Positions 12,159-26,785 of a stretch of 64,000 bases of DNA are shown piece after piece. A model generated the notes under the pieces. That model was not told the DNA's origin. It searched no databases and saw nothing but the letters and a program-made list of their open reading frames with translations. A program made the position numbers and the translations under genes. Within the stretch, counting starts at the first letter, position 1. The number at the start of each line of letters is the position of its first letter. Source of the stretch: Antedon mediterranea (taxonomy: Eukaryota; Animalia; Echinodermata); the NCBI RefSeq assembly GCF_964355755.1, contig NC_092670.1:14122795-14186794 (forward strand), read 5' to 3'.

Positions 12159-15100
12159 ATGAATTTGCAACATATGTGTAGGCCCATGGGGGCTAGAATG
12201 ATGTCTTCAATGTTTTGGAAACACACAGCAGGAAGAGGGCCACGCAGCCGCCGTTGCTATTTAGAAAGCAACCTGATATCACGGCCTAGCTGCTATCTTC
12301 GATTTATATTCTCTTCATCATCGGTGATGACAAATATACCAAGCCAGCCTCCGGTTCTGTAAGTAATTTTATTTAGTCTGTGTTTTTCTTAGAAGGTGTA
12401 CAATATTTATGATTATTTTAAAAGTTTTTTTAATATGCGAAGCGGCCGCCAACCAAAGCGGTCGCTAGTTCAATAACGGTAATTTGTATGGAATGGAACG
12501 CTGTGTGCACTTTGATTGTTGTTGTTTTGTAATCTTTGATTGTCATTGTTTCGACAGTTTTTCTTTACCTCGGACGTAAATAACAATCTACATTATTATG
12601 TAATTTATTCTCTTTTTATACAGATTGAATGTGATTCGATGATTACTTACTTTAACTGTTCTAAATGATATATGTTTAATAAAGTCAATAAAATACATTG
12701 TGGTGTTTGTATTGTATATTAATATAATATATAATAAGCCAATTATTAAGAATAAGACCATGGCGTTGACAACGACAATCAAAGATTAAAGCGCATATGG
12801 CGTTCCATACAAATAACGATATTAAACTGGCGGCCGCTTTGGTTGGTGGCTGCTTCGACCATACTCCCCTAGGTAGGCCTTACCGTAATAATAATTTATA
12901 AACTTAAATCTCAAAAACGTATCCATTTTCATTTTTCAATTGGCTCTTTAATTTCTGAGACTGTAATAATTACTGTAGAATAAAAGATTAACTAACTAAT
13001 TTCTTCTTTTTCTTCTGCAGATTGGAATGTCTTGAAGATAAGATATTTGACATTTGTTCAGATGACAAAAATACTCTTTTGATTGGTGATTTCTTTAAGG
13101 TACAATATTTAATTTTAATTGCTTAGCTTAAATCTAACTGTAAAATTGCATACAAAATTCCATAAAAAAAAGTAAATAGCAATATAGGCTAGATAGAAGA
13201 TAGATATAATATTTTCAGCATCACTGTCTTCCAAAATAACCATCTTTGATAGTCGTAAACTCTCCTAATACCAAACTAGAAACTTTTCCGAAAACCAGAA
13301 TTTTTCTTCACAAGGGTTCAAATTCATTTTAACCATTAAAACACATTCCGAATACCAGACTTTCCGGAAAACCAGACATATTAGGAAAGCCCAAGAGTGT
13401 CTCATATTGGGAGAGTTGACTGTTTTCGCTTTTTAAATGTTGTTTAGTCTTATTTTAATTAACAGGGAAGTGATATCACTGCTTTTCAGTAGTTGTTTGT
13501 TTAAATATATACTGTACTGTATATTCACATTTAGTTTTGTTCATTTGTAAATTTTAAAGTTATTGAAAGAAAAAGGATTACACTTGGAAGATCCACGCCT
13601 TCAAGAATCGATCACCAAATTCAACAAAGTTGCCAAAGATCAAAACCTTCATCACAACACCTGTTATATTGATAAAGAAGAATTTAAAAAGTATAGCAAT
13701 CTTGTTTTTTTTTTTACAGTAAAAATAAAACACTTATAATAATGTAACGGGGTGTCCCCTGAATAGGATTGTCCCTTTAGCAGGGATGTGTCCCCTGAAT
13801 AGAGTTGTCCCCTAATAGAATTGTTCCCTTTTGGGATGTCCCCTTAATAGGGTTGTCCCTTTAGCAGGGTGTGTCCCCTGAATTAGGTTGTCCCTAATAG
13901 AATTGTCCCTTAATTGGGACGTCCCCTAAATTGGCTTGTCCCTTAATTGGGACATCCCCTTAATAGGGGTGTGTCCCCTAAATTGGGTTGTCCCCTAATA
14001 GAATTGTCCCCTTAATTGGGATGTTACCCTTTAGCAGGGGTGTGTCCCCTAAATTGGGTTGTCCCCTAATAGAATTGTCCCTTAATAGGGTGGTCCCTTT
14101 AGCAGGGGTGTGTCCCCTTAATTGGGTTGTCCCTAATAGAATTGTCCCCTAAATTGGGACGTCTCCTTATTGAATAGAGGTTCTGCTTTATTGCATTGTG
14201 ATGGAATATACAGTCCATTTTTATTCAAAATTAAATGCATTACAGTGTGTATTTCATGTAATTTTCAGGAAATGGTAAATACTGTACATAGACTTATTCA
14301 TCATATCCTTTTTTGATATTTTCCAAATTAGTCACCTATCAATATTACCATAAGGCCTAAATTGTACACACTCAATTCAGTTGACCAGTGTAACAAACAG
14401 TAGATAATTATGTATGTTATAAGTACTGTATATGAGTACTTATTCAGTACTACTTATACATCATACATGTCCTGTACAGTACCAGAATCGAAATCCCACT
14501 TTTGGGACACCCTAGTTTAAGGGACACCATATAAAATAAGTGGACACTTATTATCATCAATATATACTTTTAACACCACAATCAACCCCTATCCAGTAAC
14601 CATTAATGAAAGCTGTTAAATGAAATGTGTGTTTTGTTTCTAGCTGTATTACAGACAATATAGTATTGATTGGGAAAGCTCTCACAAATAAATTCATTAT
14701 CCCGGAATTTAAAGATTTTAGTGAGCATCTTTCAACGATCTATGAAGATGCAAATGGCAACTCATCTGGGAAAGTAAGTATTCTAAAGTATAAGTGTGGA
14801 ATTTTTAAACTGAAACTTTATTTTCCCCCAGTCTATTACTATAGTATAGTTATTTATTCATGAACCAAAAAAAATACATTATTTATAGAATACTAACATG
14901 AATTGAGAATAAAGTAAAAACATAACTTATACTCATAAAATAATATAAATAAACAAATTAATAATGAAGGTAGAAGTTAGTACCCATACCTAAACTTAAG
15001 TTAAATTAAACTTAAAAGGTTACCCTCTTGATATACCCTTCCACCCAAGCACTACCCCCTGCCCCTATTATATTCTGTAGTGGTCAGGGATGGTTGAATA

Positions 15101-18100
15101 TGATGTACTTACTCCCTCTGACTGGAATAAAACTTACAACAAGTAGTAGCATATGGTGTATTCATAGTTTTGCCAAATTTAAATTATTGTTTGACATGAT
15201 AGAGTTTAAATTTCTTTATAACAAAATAAGGTATGTCTCAATAAGTTGTTACTTTTCCATTCACTACACAGGGGCAATATTTCACTCCAGGGGGTAACTT
15301 GGAACAGCCATAACTGACCAGAACGTCATTCTATGACAGGATTACTTAAATTATGTAATTGCACCATATATTTTTTCCTATTTAACAAATTCTAGAAAAA
15401 TATACATTGGTTAAAAGTTTTCCATTATTAAAATCATTTTTATTCAATATTTCTAGGTTGCCACATATATTCCACAGTTATCTCGGCAAGACCCCGCCCA
15501 CTGGGGTGTGTCCGTTTGTACCATTGATGGGCAGCGTCACAACATTGGCAATACCAGTCTTCCCTTCTGTCTCCAGTCTTGTTGTAAGGCACCGGCTTAT
15601 GCATTGACTGTCACAAAAAAGGGATCGGATTACGTACACCAACATGTGGGATTTGAACCTAGTGGCAAGCCATTTAATGAACTTGTTTTAAATACACAAA
15701 GTAAGTATGGAGTATGGGTGTCATCTCCATGATGATTCATTAAAGCTCTGATGTCTACACTATCAAACTTTGTGACAACAAATGTGATGTGCCCATATAT
15801 GGACACGATGGTGTCATATCACTACCATATTTAGGCACATCACATCTTTTTTGTCAAACTAGTTTGATAGTGTAGACAAAGCTTAAGGATGAAAGCCTAT
15901 GCTGGGCGCAGGTACATATGATTTAATTTGGCAAACTGCCAAGAGGGGAGTGGGAATCTATATATATATTAAAATAAAACAAATCATTCACTTGACTTAT
16001 TAAACAGAAGTAGATAAGTATGATTTGATTTGATAATCCATATTTTCACAATAACACTCATAGAATACACACGTATATGATTTTTATTTCCTTAAAATAA
16101 CAAGAAGCTTATTTTTTTATTTCATCAAAATTAAGCATGATTTTTGAATTCACAAAGCTCTACATTTTCAATTGATAGATACTTGGATAGCATCCCCATA
16201 TTGGTTTAGGCCGATTCTGATCGATTTATCTAACCAAACATGAGCATAGGACATACCACTTATCTATTAATATGAAGTACCTCTTATGGGATTAACAGTC
16301 ATAAGCTGTGTAAACATTAACCCTTTTTACTGTCCATCTTTAAGTACTTCATTCATAATTATTTGTTGTGTTATTTCAGATAAGCCTCACAATCCATTAC
16401 TGAATTCAGGAGGTATTTTAATATCGGCCATCATGAAGGTAAATGAGAAAAATATTAGTTTACAATCTACTATCAAGTTTCATGTCTAAGAAACACAGTG
16501 AAAATTAAAGATGTACTGTTCCCAAAAAAAACAAATGAACAAATGAATATTATAAAATCAGCTTTTAATAGGCCATTATTTTATTACAGTTTTAATCAAG
16601 TTATTTACTTTCCTAGGAAAAGCCGAAAACAAAAGATAATAATTTCACTTATAAAAAGACAAAATAAACATGCAAATTTAACCAAAAACCTGTAAATTAC
16701 ACATTTTTTAGATACATTTTTTTTTTCAAAGTGATTAAACATTATGTGACATAAAAAATCGCATATTAAAAAATTATTTCTTTTTTTTTCAGCGGTAAAA
16801 TATATCTTTAAGGATAGTAGACATAATAGTTTAAACATTGTGGTTTGTTTATTTTGTGACATTTATTTGAACATTGTACGTAACTCACAGGACTGTTTAT
16901 AATAAAACAAATATTGACCAGAGTTTTATTGTTTTGTTTTCAAATTATAACCTTCTGTAACCTGGAGACTATACTAAATTATTAGATAGTTTAGACTCCA
17001 GCTCACTTTGTAAATACAGTTTTTCATATTTTATGAGGAACCGTATCTGCCTTGTAATTTTATTTATAACTTTCCTTATCTTATATACTAATAAATGTTG
17101 TTTGTTCTTTAGTCTGATTGGAGTCCTGCTGACACGTTTGACTTTACTTCTAAGCAATTCAGTCGTTTAACAGGAGGAGAATTTATAGGATTTAGTAACG
17201 CAGTGTAAGCTTAGTTGTGTTATTTATTAAAGCAGTCTTCCAACAATATTATTGTAATTAATGATACAGTTGAATCCCTATATAATAGCAAAAGTACACA
17301 GACGAGTGGTAACAATAAGCGGAAAGCCGTTTGTACCAAGTACATTTCCGCTCAATCTTTCTCTCCGCCTTTTGTGTAAATGTTCATAGAAATAACATAC
17401 AGTAGATTCTATATTTTTATTTTATGCTTTTGTTACTGCTTGTCTGTGTAAATTGGCCTTTAAAGGGACATCTTCAGGCCCTAACAAAGGTTCCCTAATA
17501 AGGCTATCGGCTATAGTGTTAAAACATGTTGTTTATTTCGAGGAAGTGTCCCCTGAATAGAGATATGTAAAAGGAGGTTCTACTGTATCCATATTATATC
17601 ATGCTCACTGCAGAAATGAGACCTTCTCAAGCAGAACCCATAATTTTTCTGCCCTGTGCAATTCCAATCCATGATACATGCCAGCAAGCAAATGAAACAA
17701 TTGTATCTCTCCATCTGGTTTTTAGTCCATTCTGTGTCAAGAAGAAGAGTAGTACCTCATATATATATATATATATATATATTAAAGAGAACCTTTCAAT
17801 TCTATTTATCCTAGATTTTTATCTGAGAAGGAGACTGCATTCCGTAATCGAGCTATCGCCTACCTTATGAAAGAGTACAATGCGCTTCCTGATGATTCCA
17901 GTGTAGATGAGATCCTAGATTTTTATTTTCAGGTAAGCAACTTTTAAAGGCCAGGTGCGGGCAAAAAATTTCTATTGATCATACATTCCAATAATTATCG
18001 ATCTATAGTTTCCCCTATGTTTCATAATTTTTGGGATTTTATTTGTGTTACACGAGTTTGTTGAAAATAAGCACTTTCTTACCAGTTCAAATTACACAGT

Positions 18101-21100
18101 AAAATCTCTATTCGTTTAAACACACATTTTGTAAATAGAGAGGCATTTTAAAAAGCTATGAAAAATAAACGGTGTGGTAAAAAATGTTATCAGATGACTA
18201 AATATAGGTAATATAACTTGAATATTACATTTCTGATATTTTTATTCAACTTCAGATTTTTATTTTCATGCTATAGCAAAAATTATCCACCGTATATCCA
18301 CCATCTTTTTTCACCGTCTAGGGAGTCACCAGACATGTTATTACATTAGGTTAACTACCTAACTACTGAAAAAAAGTCTTCCTGGTTTTTATGGAAGAAT
18401 TTTGCCAAATTTTGTATTTGACCATATTAAGTGAAATTCATGTTTTTTTCGTCTCGATTTCTGTTACAAATATTTGGTTTATGTACAATTAACCAAATAT
18501 TAAATTTAAAATTCATGCCTGTACCTGAGCTTTAAAATGACTTCAACCCATGGCTTTGCGTTATAGGCAGAGCACCCAGCTAATAGTGCCACTACTACTA
18601 TTTCAGCATATATCCAACAACAGTACTGCAGTATAACTATAATAAGTAACCCACTAGTAATTCGATGTTTTAATGTTTAATGTTTTTACTCATTTTAGTT
18701 ATGTAGCATTGAAGTGACTTGTGAATCTGGAAGCGTAATTGCAGCTACCTTAGCCAATGGCGGTGTCTGTCCTACAACGGGTGAACGTGTTCTTGATCCA
18801 GCAGCCGTACGCGATACACTAACTATCATGTCATCATGTGGGATGTATGATTATTCAGGCCAATTTGCATTCCAGGTGAGTGGGTACCAAAAAGGCTGCT
18901 CTATTGACCAATGCTTTCCAAACATTGACAAAATCATTGGGTTTGGTACCTTCGATATGCCCCTCCCCCATCTCTATAATTTCTATTTTGTACATAATAT
19001 AATCATGTTTCTATAATTTGTTTCTACCTGCTCAATTTGCCAATGTTATACTGCCTATCCCATAACCACCCTTGTGTGCCCCTCACACCTCCAACCCATG
19101 CACATTTACTGTTCAAGTTGCTGCCAATATCATATGCAACCAAAAATGTGCTTGTTCTAGGCTGAAAACATTTTCTTCTTTACAGATTGGGCTTCCTGCA
19201 AAATCAGGTGTGTCAGGTGGTATACTGGTAGTAGTGCCCAATGTGATGGGTATGATGCTTTGGTCCCCACCATTAGACAGTTATGGCAACAGTGTTCGTG
19301 GAATTCATTTTCTGAAGGTATAGTATTCTATGTATTCTCAGAAATAAAGAAGCTTGAAACTGCTTCTTGCTGAAACTAAGTGTGTTGTGGCAGCTACTTA
19401 ACCTTAATTTAAATAAAAGAAAATGAGGAGATGGTGACAAAGCAAAGATTTTTTTTTAAAGTGGACATAGTTAACATGAAATCTATCTCAAAATGTTCTT
19501 TTACAGTATTACTGCTGTATATTAACCATTTAGATATGGCAGTTTAAACAGTGTTTACCTTTTTCTCATTTCACTTCGACATCGTGCTCCCTTTAGTTTT
19601 TTTAAAAATTTAATGAAGTATTATTTTTTTTAAGGACCTCGTTCGGATCAACAGTTTCCACAATTTTGACAACTTGCGACACACAACTAAAAAGATAGAT
19701 CCAAGAAAATCAGGAGTTGGAAGCAAGGTAACTACTACTATACGCTATTTCATCTCACTTAATGTTTTAACTACAGTCAGCTCTCCCAAATCTGGACACT
19801 GTTTAAGCTGGTTGTCACAAAAATAATGTTGCAACTTAAGCCCAATTCATAGAGTATTGTATCTTTTATATATTTATTTGTTCGTTATACTGGGTGACCT
19901 CTTCAGTAAAAAAAAACTGATCTACCAGAGGGCCCAGTACACAAAAGACAATAACAGTAAAATTACAAAACAATTTAAACCAAACCAATGAGTCCCGCCA
20001 TGCCTCGTCGTACGATGCTGTCTGTCTCTGCATTTTAAATATGATCATTTTTAAGTTGTCTTGGTATCTGGCTGTCAAATTGTTGGCTACTGTATATATT
20101 TTGTTTTATTAAATTTGATGTATGATTGGCTGATGGCTGTTGTCACTTTACTCTATTGGCAAGTTTGTTCTTTGTGTATTTTTTCTCAGCTTTGGTCAAC
20201 TAGAAAAGATCCGCAAACTTCAGCAGTAAGATGTTTAAAATGCTTTTATTTATTGTTTGTGGCCCGAGTGTATTGTTTGTGACCTGAGTGGGCTAACAAG
20301 TCTTTCCATTTAAAAAATTCTAGCATGTTTTTGTGATTAGTTGGTCAGTTGTTTTGCCCTACCTCGATTTCATTGTACTGTGTATACACAACAATTGTGG
20401 TGACAACTAGCTGCATAATTATGGGAGCTGCCCATATGCATTTAATCAAATGACCGGGGTAATAATGAAGAACTTTGAACATATAACCGTGTATATATAT
20501 ATTGACCGTCAAACCTATTGCCTCCAGATCACTAGTCTGCCATTTCTACCTCTAGACCACTAAATGTGTGCACAAGTGGCTTAGGGTTAGATTCAAGCCC
20601 AAGAAAGCAGTTACCAACATTATGATAATTCAAACAGTACAATTACACAGGGTAGGGCAAAACAACTGACCAATTACTTAGCTCCCTGACACAAATCTAC
20701 TTCGCAGTAGTTGAAAAAATTATCACATATCTTTGAGAGCACACAGAATTTAGTAACCGCAACTACGGTACCTGCGTGCATGTACACAATGAAAATGATG
20801 TTGTTCTAACCATAAAATAATAATTGCTACTCTCTTTTTCAAACACTTTTTTATTTGGTTAAGCATTATCACTGTCTAAACATTAACATTTTAATAGTAG
20901 ACTGGTTGTTTTCCCCATCACTTCAATGTTTAAACACCTTGGTTGTAGTTCAGGGATTTTAACTTTATAAATATTGCATGAGTGGATTTGTTTGTACTTA
21001 TACTAACGTTTATGCTGTGTGCTATTCAGGTTATAAAAATATAGGATATGTTATTAATGTTTTTAACTGTTGGTATGCCCACCTGTGATATATTGTACTA

Positions 21101-23475
21101 ATACATACTAATGTAATGCATGTTAGCACTCTTGGGCCAGGTGTGTTGAGGTTTTGTTAAATTGAAATTAGTTAAGCATGTTTATGTACAGAACTGCTTC
21201 TCTGAGACTCGACCTCTATTAATAGGACAACCTTATAATTAAATATATTGTAATTCATATTTTAACACAATGACCAACCCCTATTCAGGAGACACCGCTA
21301 ATTAGTCCCAAAAGTGTCCCTGTAAAAGTGGTTGTACCAAGGCAATCTAACAACAGAATGCCGAGCTCCGGAGATCAAAAGATTTATCTGTGGCTGTGAC
21401 ACGATCAGTTCCACGCCCCTAACAGACACAGCGCGTCTCATAGAATATTTACATAGTAGTACAGTACTGTTGGTCTTTGTTGCAGCCAGACATGAGATCA
21501 AAAGACTGTTTACAAGTTCCTATCTTAGCAAGGCGAGCTCAGTGTTCAGTTGTTAGATTGCCTTGGTTGTATTTCATACTTTCCTCCTTCCTTCATTTTA
21601 AAACTAATTAGAGCTTGGTAGTCTAGTAGGTTACTGACTAAATTAACTGGAGTATGTAATATATTGTACTCTCTACATCTTTCAATGTTCAACCCCTTTC
21701 ACACCAAAACATAGGGCGTCAAATCCGGAGTGTCTCCGGAGTTTTGCTTTTGGTGTGAAAGAGTGTCCATGCTTTTACTTTCTAGGGTAGTCGCATCGTA
21801 AACCTGTTATTTGGTGCATACAATAATGATCTGAGTGCAATGAGACAGTATGCCTTACAGGGCATGAATATGGATCAAGCTGATTATGACTTGCGTACAG
21901 CTTTACACATAGCAGCTGCTGAAGGTAAGTTATCTGTGATGGTTGTGATCACCAGGGGCAGAGGAAGGGGGGGGGGGGAAATATATTTGACATCTATTTT
22001 TTACTGTTAATATTAAATGTTAGTGCCTCCCAAGTGATCATCGTGATTTTAATGACATTGTTTGTGAGCATGTTGATAACTGGTTTGTAGTGAGTTTGAA
22101 TGGGCTGATGATGACTATAGTGGCATTCATTCATTTCACTTTATTTTGGACTTCATCTCCATCATAGACAACATTACATGTAACAGTAATAACAAAAGGT
22201 AGTCCAAACTAAACATGAGTTACAAACTTTAGTTTTTGTATGAACCGATTGTATAAACTGATTTTCTCATGTTCTTGAAATTTATTGGCATCTGGTGATG
22301 TTTGTGACATTTAGGCTTGATCATTGTTAATATTAATGGTTGTTGTGATGAAAGCTGATGATAATGTTTATAGTGTTATCATGTTATGGCATTGTTGTGT
22401 CTTGTGATATTGTTTTATGTTTTGTTTTTTTTATGTTTGTTGTTTCTGTGGTTGTAAGAGTGTTTGATGATTATATACTTAAATATACTAGACTATGTTA
22501 TGATATTGACAGATTTATACTACTGAACAATCTATCATCCATTAATAATATGAACATAAACAAATTAACGATATTGAAATATTCTAGCTAGTCATTTTTA
22601 CATTAATATTATTGATTCTTGTTTTATACCACAATTAGGTCACAAAGACATCGTGCAATTTCTTCTTGAAAAATGCAATGTTGACCCATGTCCAAAAGAC
22701 AGGTAAGCAGCAATTTAATATGCCTTTATCGTTAGACACATACCTGTAGGTAGAATTTATTTTGATAGAACATGAGCCACCATGATTGTATATGCCAAAG
22801 GCCTATAGCAATAAATGATGATGTTAGATAACACAGATGTGTTGTTTATTTAACACCGATGTGTTTATATTGCTACTCTTGAAGATGTGCAGGGTGGCTG
22901 CTGTGTAGACTTTAAACTATTTTAACTGCCTGTGGTTTCTAAAAATATTTAATATGTTGAAAGCTGTATCTAAAGTTTATCATCACACTATATTTTATAC
23001 AACTTGTACATTTTCGATCGATCTTTTTTAGAAGCAAGGCTAAAAGTTTTGAAATTTTTACGTCACTTTAGGCTCTGTTTACAAACTAGTTTTACAAAAA
23101 ATGTGTGATGTGCCTAAATATGTTGTTATTGTTATGCCCAAATATGCTAGTGATATGACATCATCATAACATGGGCACATCACATCACATTTATTTGTCA
23201 CATAAAGTTTGATAGTGTAGATAGAGCTTAGGCCTAATACTTGCATGGTAGAACCACTTGTCTTCAGGGGACACTTTCCAATAAAATGAACTAATCCAAC
23301 TCCTATTCAGGGGGACAATCAGATAACAGTGGCAATTTCTTGGTCCTTTAATAGACGTTATATCGTAAAATGCAACAATTTTATTTCTAGATGGGGATTT
23401 ACACCACTTCATGAGGCAAAGCAGTGTGGACATGATCATGTTGTTACTATTCTTGAAAAATACACAACAAAATAA
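12159..23475 (+). CDS. GLS: Glutaminase, kidney-type/KGA-like, mitochondrial, C-terminal ankyrin repeats (~580 aa). Exons 12159-12358, 13021-13099, 13560-13690, 14644-14773, 15457-15700, 16380-16438, 17113-17204, 17815-17932, 18699-18875, 19186-19317, 19635-19727, 21786-21924, 22639-22702, 23391-23475
   Basis: Hand-spliced with GT-AG introns and consistent phases. Motifs: [24 protein letters not shown], catalytic QSCCK (SxxK), [66 protein letters not shown]. Exon 1 is Arg/Ser-rich and nearly free of acidic residues, like a mitochondrial presequence (the least certain exon). Confidence 0.95.
12430..12866. mobile_element. MITE with ~90-bp imperfect TIRs in GLS intron 1
   Basis: cgaagcggccgccaaccaaagcggtcgctagtt...ttgtatggaa is mirrored by ttccatacaa...aactggcggccgctttggttggtggctgcttcg. 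Confidence 0.75.
13750..14182. repeat. ~18-20-bp minisatellite (gttgtcccctaatagaatt-like) in GLS intron 3
   Basis: Degenerate tandem copies of tgtccc(c)t(t)aata/ttggg, related to the dispersed gtgtcccctgaatagagg motif. Confidence 0.85.
15743..15884. mobile_element. Short MITE (agctctgtctacactatcaaac...gtttgatagtgtagacagagct family); relatives at ~6510-6568, ~8168-8195 and ~23068-23230
   Basis: Terminal inverted repeats and four dispersed copies in the window. Confidence 0.75.
17398..17587. mobile_element. Degenerate Tc1/mariner(pogo)-like MITE with TA-CAGT...ACTG-TA ends; relatives at ~1-110, ~14476-14600, ~21190-21330, ~23260-23360, ~23487-23663 and ~23860-24016
   Basis: tacagtaga...ggttctactgta termini. 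The internal gggacac / gtgtcccctgaatag motifs are shared among the dispersed copies. Confidence 0.55.
17944..18535. mobile_element. Possible Kolobok-like non-autonomous element in GLS intron 8
   Basis: ttaa-aggccaggtgcgggca and tgcctgtacctgagct-ttaa form an imperfect TIR bounded by TTAA. Confidence 0.45.
20337..20677. mobile_element. MITE-like element with ~23-bp inverted repeats
   Basis: ttggtcagttgttttgccctacc is mirrored by ggtagggcaaaacaactgaccaa. Confidence 0.65.
21337..21566. mobile_element. MITE-like element with 18-bp perfect inverted repeats
   Basis: ccaaggcaatctaacaac is mirrored by gttgttagattgccttgg. Confidence 0.65.
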
Positions 23476-24620
23476 CAAGCATTTAATACAGTAGAACCAC
23501 TACTTTTGTACATCCCTATTCAACAACAATTCCCTGTAAAAGGAACAAGGGGAAGTACACTGTACATTTCAACCCTATGATCAACAACAGCTATTCACTG
23601 GACTCTCCTATTAAGGGGAAACTATGTTTGGTCTTGACGATGTCCCCTTGTGGGGCTACTGTATCCATAATAGATAATGTACATCAGGATAATCTTGCAG
23701 TTATAACTGTAATTAACTACAGACCACACCTTGCATTCTATTGTATTCCAAATATAATATTAGTAAAAACTGTTTATTTACTCAAGCTTTAATAAACAAC
23801 TTTTTTTTACATTAATAATTTTAATGGTTTTTAAACCTTATTTGAACTTATTTTAATCTCTCCTTTTGGACATCCCTATTCATGGGACACACCTAATAAG
23901 TGAACACTTATGACATAAATCATCTAACACTATGTCCAACAACGCATATTCAATTAAAGGGACACCCCTATTAAAGGGATATATTTTATTGGGTCCCAAT
24001 GTGTCCCTTTAACTGTACAGTACTACAGTACACGTCAATGATTCCATATTCCATCAAGTTATCATATATATATATATTATATCAATAATATTGATTTGCA
24101 AAATACCAACTACCTCAATAAGGGTTTTATAGTGTATAAACAATCAAAAAGTAAAAATTTGCATATGTGAACTTTGACCAATTTTAGGGTGTTGTGATTT
24201 GTCGGACACAGTGATTCAAACTACATTAGTTTGTTTTAATAACAACGTTTATGAGGCAGTCATTATAACAAAGTGTGTTTAATTAGCCAAAAAAATTTCA
24301 CAAAACAAAACCAAACTATGTTTTTTGTGTGGTTTTAAATGTGTTATGTTTGATGTGCTAAAATAGTGCCCTGAAAATAAAATAAGTTAATAAACAAAAC
24401 CAAACACTTTTGTTATTTTAAACGTATTCACTAATTATTAATACTATTTTATAATATAACTATTATTAATTTTAAACTAATAATTATAATATACATATAT
24501 AGATTTTAGTATATTTTATTATCATTTTATATACTGTATAACATTTTTTGAACTATTTATAACTTAAATATTATTTGTAAAGGCACAATTGTAATATTTC
24601 GAATTTATGTAAAAACTCTA

Positions 24621-24801
24621 AAGCGTGGTTCCCACTAGCGACGCAACACAAGGACGTAACGCAACGCAAGTGAATTGACCAATCACAAGCGAGGGCTTAT
24701 TCGCTTGTGATTGCTAACTGTCTATAACTTCGCTTGTCATTGGTTAAAACGCTTGCGTTGCGTTTACGTCCTTGCGTTACGTTCTAGTGGGAATCAAGCT
24801 T
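24621..24801. mobile_element. Palindromic MITE; second copy at 25015-25164
   Basis: aagcgtggttcccactag...ctagtgggaatcaagctt, with internal mirrored acgcaacgcaag/cttgcgttgcgt and gaccaatcacaagcg/cgcttgtcattggt. Confidence 0.8.
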
Positions 24802-26785
24802 AATATAATTAAATATTTTAAGGTCGTACTTTTGCAATAACGATTAAAGAATAAGAATGATGTTATTATTCCATTATAGTATCAATTATTATTGTAGATT
24901 AGTATAGGCATATTGATATTTTAATTGATTATCGATTATCCCACCGAGTTTCCCTACAGTAATTTTACCTACAGTAATACAGTGACAATACTTCAGTTGC
25001 GCTACGTTTTATTAAAGCTTGGTTTACACTAGGACGTAACACAATGATGTAAGTGCACCGCAAGTGATTTGACCAATCACAACGCGATGGGTCATTCGAA
25101 CTGTCGCTTCTCATTGGCCAACTCACTTGAGTTTTGCCTTTGCATACTAGTGGGGACCAAGCTTTTAACTAGAAAACTGAGAAAGTAGCGAACGTCTTGC
25201 ATTCTTGCAAACCATCATACCACTACGAATCTATCCATTTATTTGAGAGTATGCGCATACGTTCGTTACGCTCTGTTGAGTTATCGGTTTATTGCCAATT
25301 AGTGTAATCGAAATTTCCTTGATGAATTGAATACGTACACTCCACTACCCTATTTTGTTTTGGTAGATTCTTGTATGACGTGCTTGTAATAAATGTTTTA
25401 GAATATATTAAATTGTTGTTTCTATTTATGTTTTTGATTTGATAAACAAAACATAAAACGTACATAATGTAGGCCTACTAATGTTTCTGTAACCTACTGA
25501 ACATAGGCTATACATTCCTTAATGTGCGGCAGGGACCCGCAAACCGTACAATCGGCGCACGTTCGAAGCACTTCTCCACCCTGGTGGTAGAGAAAAAGTC
25601 TTCTCAGATTGTACGCATCCCATGTGCACATTCACTCAGTCCATCTTTCGGAGAAGTAGAGATTACCCCAGTGTACTGGCCCCCCTCAGCCCCTATACTT
25701 CATCTGGGTAGCCGCTGCATTGCTTGCTGCTGCCGTGAGTCCTTACTCACTAATCCGAATCTTACATTTATGAGGAAGGAGGGTTGTGACATAAATTAGG
25801 TCACTCCACCTGAGGGAAATTTAGTAAACTCAAAAATGAAACGGGCGGAAAATATAAAAGTACTTGACTCTGCCCATTTGGTATTCCAATTTCAAAACGG
25901 ATCCTATTAATTTACACGTTATACAGTACTTACCGCGTTATCAAACTCAATTTCTGTTATAAAAGGACGGTGTTCATATGCCCTCTCAAATGTTGAAAAT
26001 TCTGTTAGGCTAAATAAAACAAAGTCTTGATTTTTTGATGAGTGGCTTTAATAGTAGGTGTTAGTATTGTGGTTTAAGATCTGTGTTCCCACTTGGGCAA
26101 TTGCGTACGCGCCACGTAATTAGTTAAGATCAACCCTTTCAATGGTGACGTTTGGTCACTGTAGGGTGATGATGAAATAAAATTTAAAAAAAAAAGATGA
26201 TACATCGTATTTTGATTACCTGCATTGCGCTTGGCACGTACGTCCTATTGATAACCAAACTACCAAACATGAGAGCGATTAATCTAAAAAGTCTCTGAAC
26301 GACCGGCGTAATTTCTATGTAATATTGAATGTTTTTCAAATTTGGTTTTTTCCTAAATACGACTACTGTATTTTAAAAAAAAGGTTATATAGGCCTATAT
26401 AAGTCACGCGGCTCAACAAAATGAAGGGAAGTGAATCGATTATGTTTTTGTTTTCCCTTGTGTGTACCAAACGTACAATTGAGGTGGAAATTGAAATGTG
26501 TTTAGAAATGCGTTTAGTTTCCTCATTTTGGTTGTAGACATTGGTTTTGTAACCTATAATATAGTCTCTTCTGTTTCTCTGTATATACAATGGTCTGGCT
26601 GAATACCAAGAAGGGTAGATAAGTTACTGCGCCGCCAGTCAATCACCCCTTAAGTCTAAAATAGCAGCTGCTAGGGTTGCGAAAAAGTCATTGATAAAAA
26701 TAAGATAGGCAAATCATAAAAAAAATAATATAATAATATTTTTATTTAGTTAGACAGACTCGGTCATCGTACCCGTTGCATTGAT

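Noticed and set aside
19728-21785. GAC-like alternative terminal exon in the long GLS intron
   Set aside because: The intron position is equivalent to the mammalian one, but I could not identify a convincing exon. The content is mostly MITEs.
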